Assembly: GCA_963704725.1 (NCBI GenBank)
Contig: OY969934.1
Coordinates: forward strand, 864,001-928,000
Direction of reading: 5' to 3'
Length of the DNA stretch: 64,000 bases
Source: an uncultured Actinomycetes bacterium
GTDB lineage: Bacteria > Actinomycetota > UBA4738 > HRBIN12
Positions within the stretch are counted from its first letter, which is position 1. Every line of letters starts with the position of its first letter. Shown piece after piece: positions 57,338-64,000 of the stretch. A program made the translations under genes and the position numbers. The notes under the pieces were generated by a model. It was not told the DNA's origin. It made no database searches and was given only the letters and a program-made list of their open reading frames with translations.

Positions 57338-59148
57338 GACGGGCGACGGCGCTCCGGCGCGGGCTGATCGGGCTCGTCGCCCTCGGGCTCGTCGTGTTCC
57401 CGATCCTGCAACCCGAGGACCTGTACCGACAGACGGTGCTGATCTTCATCTTCGTGCTCGGGACGATGGCGGTGGGGTGGAACGTGATCGCCGGGTTCAC
57501 GGGCTACGTCTCGCTCGGGCAGAGCGCGTTCCTCGGGCTGGGCGCGTACACCACCGGGATCCTGTCGCAGCACGTCGACATCTCTCCGTTCTATCTCGTG
57601 CCTCTGGGCGGCATCGTGGCCGCGGTCGTCGCGGCGCTGCTCGGCCTGACGATCATGCGGTCGCGCGAGCACGCCTTCGTGATCAGCACGATCGCGTTCC
57701 TGTTCCTGATGCAGGCCGTCGCGTTGAACTGGCGCGGGTTCACCGGCGGCTCGAACGGGATCCGTCTCCCGTTGCCCGGCTACGATTTCGCGCTCGGGCA
57801 CCTCCCGTTCTACCTCGCCAGCCTGGGCCTGCTCGCGCTCTCGGTGCTGATGGCGTGGTGGATCCGCCGGACGAAGCTCGGGGCCGGGCTCCTGGCGATC
57901 CGCGAGGACGAGGACAAGGCGGCGGCGATCGGCGTGCGCACGACCGTCTACAAGATCCTCGCCTTCGTGGCCAGCGCCGTGCTGACCGGCATGGCCGGTG
58001 GGGTGTACGCCTACTTCCTCACGTTCATCGACCCCCGGGGGATGTTCGACATCCTGGCGAGCGTGCAGATCGTGCTGGCGTGTCTCCTCGGGGGGCGCGG
58101 CACGATCTGGGGCCCGGTCATCGGCGCGTTCGTCATCATCCCGCTGAACGAGGTCACGGTGGACGTGGCTTCGGGCGAGGGGGTGCGCCTGTTCGTGTTC
58201 GGTCTGGCGCTGCTCCTGGTCGTGCTGTTCCTGCCGCGCGGCGTGATCCCGACGATCCGCACGGCGATCGAGCGGCGCCGGGGCGGGGCGGTGCCCTTCG
58301 AGCGGAGATCGCCGGTCCCCGCGGCCGCGCCCACCATCGCCGCGGCTCCGCCCACCATCGCCGCGGCTCCGCCGCAGCCGGTCCGGCCGCTGCTCGAGAT
58401 CGAGGGCCTTGCCCGGCGCTTCGGCGGCGTCACCGCCGTCGACGGGTGCTCGTTCGGCGTCCGCGAGGGCAGCCTCACGGCGCTCATCGGGCCGAACGGA
58501 TCGGGCAAGACGACGGTCTTCAACCTCGTCACGGGGATGATGCGCGCCGACGGCGGCGCGATCCGGCTCGACGGCCGGCGCATCGACGGCATGCTGCCGT
58601 GGGACCGCGCCTACCTCGGGCTGGGGCGCACGTTCCAGATCACGAGGCTCTTCCCGCAGATGACCGTGCTCGAGAACGTCGTCGCCCCGCTCCGGGGGTT
58701 CCGGTGGCGCGACCTGGCGGCGGACGCCGTCGGGGGGCCGGAGGCCCGCCGTGCCGAGGAGCTCCTCGGCTTCGTGGGGATGGCCGACTTCTCGCACCAG
58801 CCGGCGTGGCGGCTCTCGTTCGGCCAGCAGAAGCTCGTCGAGCTGGCGCAGACGCTCATGCTCGAGCCCCGGCTCATCCTTCTCGACGAGCCGGCGGGCG
58901 GCGTGAACCCCGGGATGATCGACCGGATGTGCGACCTGATCCGCGAGCTGAACCGGGGCGGGGTCACGTTCCTGATCGTCGAGCACAACATGCCGGTGGT
59001 GCTGGATCTGTGCGATCCGATCCTCGTCATGGCGCGGGGCGCCGTGATCGCCGAGGGCGCGCCGCGCGAGATCCAGAGCGACCGCGGCGTCCTCGAGGCG
59101 TACCTCGGCGAGGCGTGGGGCGGCGCGCCACAGCCGACGGGGGTGTGA
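57334..59148 (+). CDS. Fused LivM-like permease and LivG-like ATPase
   Basis: [16 protein letters not shown], then [20 protein letters not shown]. Confidence 0.92.
   Translation: MRRATALRRGLIGLVALGLVVFPILQPEDLYRQTVLIFIFVLGTMAVGWNVIAGFTGYVSLGQSAFLGLGAYTTGILSQHVDISPFYLVPLGGIVAAVVAALLGLTIMRSREHAFVISTIAFLFLMQAVALNWRGFTGGSNGIRLPLPGYDFALGHLPFYLASLGLLALSVLMAWWIRRTKLGAGLLAIREDEDKAAAIGVRTTVYKILAFVASAVLTGMAGGVYAYFLTFIDPRGMFDILASVQIVLACLLGGRGTIWGPVIGAFVIIPLNEVTVDVASGEGVRLFVFGLALLLVVLFLPRGVIPTIRTAIERRRGGAVPFERRSPVPAAAPTIAAAPPTIAAAPPQPVRPLLEIEGLARRFGGVTAVDGCSFGVREGSLTALIGPNGSGKTTVFNLVTGMMRADGGAIRLDGRRIDGMLPWDRAYLGLGRTFQITRLFPQMTVLENVVAPLRGFRWRDLAADAVGGPEARRAEELLGFVGMADFSHQPAWRLSFGQQKLVELAQTLMLEPRLILLDEPAGGVNPGMIDRMCDLIRELNRGGVTFLIVEHNMPVVLDLCDPILVMARGAVIAEGAPREIQSDRGVLEAYLGEAWGGAPQPTGV
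58329..58370 (+). repeat. Perfect 21-bp tandem duplication in the permease-ATPase linker
   Basis: GCCCACCATCGCCGCGGCTCC twice, encoding PTIAAAP repeats. Confidence 0.85.
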
Positions 59149-59915
59149 TGGCGGCGTTCCTCGAGCTCCGCGACGTCGACGCCGGGTACGCCGGCGCGCT
59201 CGTCCTTCGCGGCGTCGGTCTCGACGTGCAGCGCGGCCGCATCACCTGCGTGATCGGGCCGAACGGAGCGGGCAAATCGACCCTGCTGAAGGCGATCAGC
59301 GGGGTCGTGAGGGCGACGCGCGGGCGCATCGCGCTCGACGGCTCGCCGATCGAACGGCTGTCGGCGGGCGAGGTCCTCTCGCGCGGGGTCGTCCAGGTTC
59401 CGCAGCAGCGGGCGCTGTTCCCCAACCTCACGATCCGCGAGAACGTGTTGATGGGCGCGTACATCCTGCGCCGTGACGCGTCGCTGGTGCGCGAGCGATA
59501 CCGGCGCGTCGAGGAGACGATCCCCCTCGTCGCCGAGCGCGCCGACGAGCGGGCCGGGAACCTGTCCGGCGGGCAGCGACGCGCCGTGGAGTTCGCCCGG
59601 AGCCTCATGCTCGACCCGACCCTCGTACTGCTCGACGAGCCCTCGCTCGGCCTCGACCCGAAGGCCCTGGCTCAGGTGTGGGAGCTGATCACCGGGATGC
59701 GCGACGCCGGCCGGACGATCCTGCTCGTCGAGCAGAACGTGCGCCTCGGGTTGGGGGTGGCCGACGACGGCGTGGTGATGGAGGGCGGCTGCGTCCGCCT
59801 CACCGGAACGGCCGCGGACGTGCTCGCCAACCCGGAGATCGCCGACCTCTACCTGGGCGGCACGACCCGGCACCCGGTGGACGCGCCGCCGGCCGCGGAG
59901 CCCACGCGCGGATGA
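59148..59915 (+). CDS. Liv-type ABC ATPase (LivF-like)
   Basis: [31 protein letters not shown]. Confidence 0.93.
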   Translation: MAAFLELRDVDAGYAGALVLRGVGLDVQRGRITCVIGPNGAGKSTLLKAISGVVRATRGRIALDGSPIERLSAGEVLSRGVVQVPQQRALFPNLTIRENVLMGAYILRRDASLVRERYRRVEETIPLVAERADERAGNLSGGQRRAVEFARSLMLDPTLVLLDEPSLGLDPKALAQVWELITGMRDAGRTILLVEQNVRLGLGVADDGVVMEGGCVRLTGTAADVLANPEIADLYLGGTTRHPVDAPPAAEPTRG

Positions 59916-60832
59916 GCGGCGTGCTCTGGGCGGCGATCGCCGGCGTGCTGTTCGGCGTGTTCCAGAGCGTGAACCGGGCGGCGCTCGTCGAGCTCGACGT
60001 GTTCGCGTCGACGTTCCTCCAGCTGCTCGTCGCCTCCGCGTTCATGGTCGTCGCGCTGCTGATCCAGGGCGTGGACGTGGTCGCCTCCGCGCCCGGGAGC
60101 GCGTGGGTGAACTTCACGATCGCCGGCCTCGTCCACTTCCTGATCGGCTGGACGCTGATCAACCTCAGCCAGAAGCGGCTGGGGGCGGCGCGGACGAGCC
60201 CGCTGCTCGCGACGTCGCCGCTCTTCGGCACGCTGATCGCCGCCGCGACGCTGGACGAGACGCCGTCCGCCGTCGAGCTGGCCGGCATCGCGCTGATCGT
60301 CGCCGGCGTCTACGTCGCTCAGCTCGAGCGGGCGCGGAGGGTGCCGGTGCCGGCGGGCGCGGCGGCACCCTCGACGGAGCACCGACACGAGGCCACGTTC
60401 CGCGCCTCGCTGTTCGGGCTCGGGGCGGCCCTCGCGGTTTCGGTGAGCCCGATCTTCATCCGCCGGGGGCTGGAGGACGTCGACAACCCGGTGCTCGGCG
60501 TCACGATCGGCGTGGTCGTCGCCACGATCGCCTACGGGCTCGTGTTGCTCGCGCGCCGGCCGAGGGCCCGGCTCCTGTCGGCGTCGCGGCGGGCGCTCTC
60601 GTGGAAGGCGGTCGCCGGGGTGCTCGTCGCGTTCGGGACGTGGACGCGCTGGTACGCCCTCGGCCGGACCTCGGTCGCGGCCGTGCTCGCGCTCGCGCTC
60701 CTGTCGGTGCCGACCGTGATCGTTCTGGCGCCGATGGCCGCCGGTCGGCACCTCGAGCCGATCACCGCACCGATCGTGGCCGGGTCGGCGTTCGTCGTCG
60801 CCGGGGCGCTCGTGCTGATCGCGACGGGGTGA
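59912..60832 (+). CDS. DMT/EamA family transporter
   Basis: About ten TM segments in two repeats. ATGA overlap with the upstream gene. Confidence 0.85.
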   Translation: MSGVLWAAIAGVLFGVFQSVNRAALVELDVFASTFLQLLVASAFMVVALLIQGVDVVASAPGSAWVNFTIAGLVHFLIGWTLINLSQKRLGAARTSPLLATSPLFGTLIAAATLDETPSAVELAGIALIVAGVYVAQLERARRVPVPAGAAAPSTEHRHEATFRASLFGLGAALAVSVSPIFIRRGLEDVDNPVLGVTIGVVVATIAYGLVLLARRPRARLLSASRRALSWKAVAGVLVAFGTWTRWYALGRTSVAAVLALALLSVPTVIVLAPMAAGRHLEPITAPIVAGSAFVVAGALVLIATG

Positions 60833-60839
60833 GGGCGAC

Positions 60840-61832
60840 GTGATCGTCGACATCCACGCGCACGTCATCGTCCCGGAGATCACCCGGGAGTCCGGGGGCG
60901 ACGAGCCGTGGCGCCCCTCGGTCCGCTGGGAGGACGGCGCCCAGGTGGTCGAGCTCGGCGGGCGGGCCATCCGCTCGGCCGTGCGCGAGTTCGTCCGCAT
61001 CGACCGAGTGCTGGAGCAGGAGGCGGGTTCGGGCGTCGAGCACGTTGTGCTGTCCCCGTGGGTCAACCTCCTCCCCTACGGGCTCGACCCCGCCGAGGCG
61101 CTCGAGGTCTGCCGGCTGCAGAACGACGCGCTCTCCGCAGCCGCCGCCGCGCATCCGGGGCGGGTGAGCGCGCTCGCGGCCGTTCCGCTGCAGGAGCCGG
61201 AGCTCGCGGCCGGCGAGCTCGAGAAGGCCATGGGCACGCCGGGGGTGGTCGGCGCGGAGGTCGCGGCGAGCGTTCGCGGCGCGTACCTGGGGGACGACCG
61301 GTTCCTCCCGTTCTGGGAGGCCGCAGAGGCGACCGGCGCGCTCGTGCTCGTGCATCCCACGACGAAGGGGTTCGACCTGCCGGTGTTCGGCGAGTCCTAT
61401 CTCTGGAACACGGTGGCCAACCCGCTCGAGACGGCGGTGACGGGCGCCCACCTCGTGATGGCCGGCGTGCTCGAACGGCACCCCCGGCTCCGGATCGTGC
61501 TCGCGCACGGAGGGGGGGCGCTGCTCGCCGTCCGGGGACGGCTCCGGCACGCCCACAGGTTCCAGCCGCAGGCCCGGTCGAGGCTCCGCGAGTCCCCCGA
61601 CGACTCGTTGCGGCGCCTGCACTACGACACCGTGACGCACGATGCCGACCTGCTGCGCGCGCTCGTCGGGTACGCCGGCGCCGGCCACGTGCTGCTCGGG
61701 TCGGATCACCCCTTCGACATGGGGACGTCCCGCCCCGTGGACGAGGTCCGCGCGCTCGGCCTTCCGGCGGAGGACGAGGCCGCGGTGCTGGGCGGCAACG
61801 CCGAGCGGCTCTTCGGGGTGGGGGGGACGTGA
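60840..61832 (+). CDS. Amidohydrolase_2 family protein (ACMSD-like decarboxylase/hydrolase)
   Basis: VDIHAH, LVHP, AHGGG, YDTV, LGSDHPFDM. Confidence 0.92.
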   Translation: MIVDIHAHVIVPEITRESGGDEPWRPSVRWEDGAQVVELGGRAIRSAVREFVRIDRVLEQEAGSGVEHVVLSPWVNLLPYGLDPAEALEVCRLQNDALSAAAAAHPGRVSALAAVPLQEPELAAGELEKAMGTPGVVGAEVAASVRGAYLGDDRFLPFWEAAEATGALVLVHPTTKGFDLPVFGESYLWNTVANPLETAVTGAHLVMAGVLERHPRLRIVLAHGGGALLAVRGRLRHAHRFQPQARSRLRESPDDSLRRLHYDTVTHDADLLRALVGYAGAGHVLLGSDHPFDMGTSRPVDEVRALGLPAEDEAAVLGGNAERLFGVGGT

Positions 61833-63415
61833 CCGCGGCCGAGTTCGACGTCGTCGTGGCCGGGGCGGGGCACAACAGCCTCGTCGCCGCGGCGTACCTG
61901 TCGCTGGCCGGGTTCCGGTGCCTCGTGCTCGAGGCGCGCGACGGGATCGGCGGCGACACGAACACCGAGGAGCTCACGCTCCCGGGATTCCGCCACGACT
62001 CCTGCTCGACCGCGCACAACCTGATCCAGGCGAGCCCCATGCTGCGCGACGACGAGCTCCACCTCGGCGAGTACGGGCTCGAGTACCTCCACCCCGACCC
62101 CGTCGTGCACGTCCCGCTGCCCGACGGCGCGTGGATCACCCAGTGGCGCGACGTCGATCGAACGGCCGAGGAGCTCGCGAGGTACTCGCGCCGCGACGCC
62201 GACGCCTACCGCCGCCTGCTCGCCGACTACGAGAGGGTGGCGCCGGTCTTCGGCCGATACCGCAACACGCCGATCGGGTGGGGACCCTCGCTGCCGGAGC
62301 TGCTCGCCGAGCACCCGGACGGTCGTCGCTGGCTCCGGATCCAGGCCATGAGCGCCTGGGAGGTCATCGAGGACGCGTTCGAGGACCCGCACGTCCGCGC
62401 GTTCCTGCTGTGGATGGCGTTCATGACCGTGCAGCCCCCCGAGCGCCCCGGCACGGGGCCCCTCGCCTCCTCCCTCGTCTTCGGCCGCCAGCGCCACAGC
62501 TGGACGCTGCCGAGGGGCGGGTCGGGCAGCCTGCCGGCCGCGCTCGGCCGCCTGATCGAGAGCCACGGCGGGACGATCCTCACCGGCCGCCCCGTCGTCG
62601 GGGTCGTGCTCGAGGGCGGTCGGTGCGTCGGCGTCGAGACCGCCGACGGCGAGCGCCACCTGGCCGCCCGCGCGGTCCTGTCGACGATCCACGTGAAGCA
62701 CCTCCTCGAGATGGCGCCCGCCGACGCGTGGGGCGAGGACTTCCGCTTCGGCGTCCGGACGTGGCGGCCCGGCGTGTCGATGTTCGTCACCCACTACGCG
62801 ACGACGGCTCCCCCGCGCTTCCCCGTCGGCGATGGAACGCTCGAGTCCTCGGCCGCCGGAACGCCCGGCTCGGTCCAGCGGATGCTCCGCGTCGGCTCGG
62901 AGTTCATCCGAGGCGTGGTCGCGACGGACGACCCGGTCCTGCTCGTGCTCTGTCAGACCGTCGCCGATCCCTCGCGCGCGCCCGAGGGCAAGCACACGCT
63001 GAAGATCGTGGGGTTCCAGCCCTACGAGCTGCCCGAGGGACCCGAGCGCTGGGACGAGATCCAGGACGAGGTCTCGGCCGCGAACCTGGAGCACCTGCGC
63101 CGGTACGCGCCGAACCTGACCGAGGACGTCATCCTCGCCCGCGTCGTGGAGAGCCCGCTCGGGCTCGAGCGCTTCAACGCCCACAACTGGCACGGGTCCT
63201 GTCACGGCGGCGACCAGGGGCCGGCGCAGTCCGGGGCGCTGCGACCGGCGCCGGGATGGGCCGGACACCGCACGCCGGTCGAGGGCCTGTACCAGACCGG
63301 CTCGACGACGCACCCCGGCGGGTCGGTGTCGGCCGGGCCGGGACGCAACGCCGCCATGGTGATGCTGAGGGATCTCGGAACGAGCCTCGAGGAGGTGCTG
63401 CAACGTGCCGGATGA
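61829..63415 (+). CDS. FAD-dependent oxidoreductase, phytoene desaturase/PYROXD2-like
   Basis: GAGHNSLVAAAYL, TPVEGLYQTGSTTHPGGSVSAGPGRNAA. Confidence 0.9.
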   Translation: MTAAEFDVVVAGAGHNSLVAAAYLSLAGFRCLVLEARDGIGGDTNTEELTLPGFRHDSCSTAHNLIQASPMLRDDELHLGEYGLEYLHPDPVVHVPLPDGAWITQWRDVDRTAEELARYSRRDADAYRRLLADYERVAPVFGRYRNTPIGWGPSLPELLAEHPDGRRWLRIQAMSAWEVIEDAFEDPHVRAFLLWMAFMTVQPPERPGTGPLASSLVFGRQRHSWTLPRGGSGSLPAALGRLIESHGGTILTGRPVVGVVLEGGRCVGVETADGERHLAARAVLSTIHVKHLLEMAPADAWGEDFRFGVRTWRPGVSMFVTHYATTAPPRFPVGDGTLESSAAGTPGSVQRMLRVGSEFIRGVVATDDPVLLVLCQTVADPSRAPEGKHTLKIVGFQPYELPEGPERWDEIQDEVSAANLEHLRRYAPNLTEDVILARVVESPLGLERFNAHNWHGSCHGGDQGPAQSGALRPAPGWAGHRTPVEGLYQTGSTTHPGGSVSAGPGRNAAMVMLRDLGTSLEEVLQRAG

Positions 63416-64000
63416 ACGCATCGAGGCCGCGATCGCGAACTGGGCGCCGCGGTTCACGTCGCAAGGGGTCGACCCGAACGACTTCGCGCGGGTCACGGCG
63501 CCGTTGGAGCGATGGGACGAATGGCTCGATGCCTGGTGCGCGAACGGCGATCTGCACGCGGGGCTCGCGCGCGAGGCCGAGGAACGCGGCCGAACCCTCA
63601 CGGCCGGCGAGGCGTGGGTCCGCGCCACGCTCTCGTACCACTTCGCGAAGTTCGTGTGGATGGTCGACATGGACCGGTACCGCTCCGCTGCCGACCGTTC
63701 CGTCGCAGCGCTGCGCGAGGCGCACCGCCTCCTCGACCCGTCCGCCGAGCGCATCGAGGTGCCGTTCGAGGGCGGAGCGATGGTGGGCAACCTGCGGCGC
63801 CCGGCGGGGATCGACCGGCCGCCGCTCGTGCTCCTGCTCCCCGGGCTCGACTCCACCAAGGAGGAGTTCTTCACGTGGGAGGACGTGTTCCTCGCCCGGG
63901 GCATGGCCACCCTGTCGCTCGACGGCCCGGGGCAGGGCGAGACCGGCTACCACACGCACATCCGGGCCGACTACGAGGTCGGGCCGATCGCGATGCTCGA
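63405..64000 (+). CDS. Alpha/beta hydrolase similar to 2,6-dihydroxypseudooxynicotine hydrolase (runs off the window)
   Basis: NWAPRFTSQGVD, YHFAKF, PGLDSTKEE, DGPGQGE. GTG 63405 with GGAGG. Confidence 0.8.
   Translation, partial: MPDERIEAAIANWAPRFTSQGVDPNDFARVTAPLERWDEWLDAWCANGDLHAGLAREAEERGRTLTAGEAWVRATLSYHFAKFVWMVDMDRYRSAADRSVAALREAHRLLDPSAERIEVPFEGGAMVGNLRRPAGIDRPPLVLLLPGLDSTKEEFFTWEDVFLARGMATLSLDGPGQGETGYHTHIRADYEVGPIAML

Noticed and set aside
61829-63415. Carotenoid biosynthesis (crtI)
   Set aside because: No crtB or crtE nearby and the context is catabolic, so only fold-level similarity is supported.
1-64000. tRNA, rRNA, CRISPR arrays, intact integrases or transposases
   Set aside because: None recognised by eye. 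tRNAscan-SE and Infernal would be needed to exclude small RNAs.

Overview
High-GC (about 70%, by eye) window that looks actinobacterial: MmpL, F420-dependent PPOX enzyme, 7Fe ferredoxin, many NarL-type two-component systems and class III cyclases. 0-4 kb is a frameshift-riddled accessory patch of nucleic-acid enzymes (unknown protein, RNase HI, EEP nuclease, Ung). 4-9 kb is a two-component system plus MmpL. 9-13 kb holds orphans, mobile-element relics and a dual-specificity phosphatase next to a truncated ADP-ribosylglycohydrolase. 16-25.5 kb is a three-gene two-component locus flanked by secreted proteins (VWD lipoprotein, M6-like protease). 29-34 kb is a cyclic-nucleotide cluster with an unusual YciI-adenylate cyclase fusion. 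An IS1-family remnant lies at 43 kb, and 44-49 kb pairs a PilT-like ATPase with a degenerate cyclase-ATPase-TPR protein. The most notable locus is 49-64 kb: an OsmC-like gene with an in-frame UGA at the catalytic Cys position and a SECIS-like hairpin (predicted selenoprotein). It is divergent from a FadR-led catabolic operon with E1a/E1b/E2 but no E3 in the window, a Liv-type ABC importer, an amidohydrolase, an FAD oxidoreductase and a DHPON-hydrolase-like enzyme. No tRNA, rRNA or CRISPR array was seen. All family calls come from reading motifs by eye, not from database searches.
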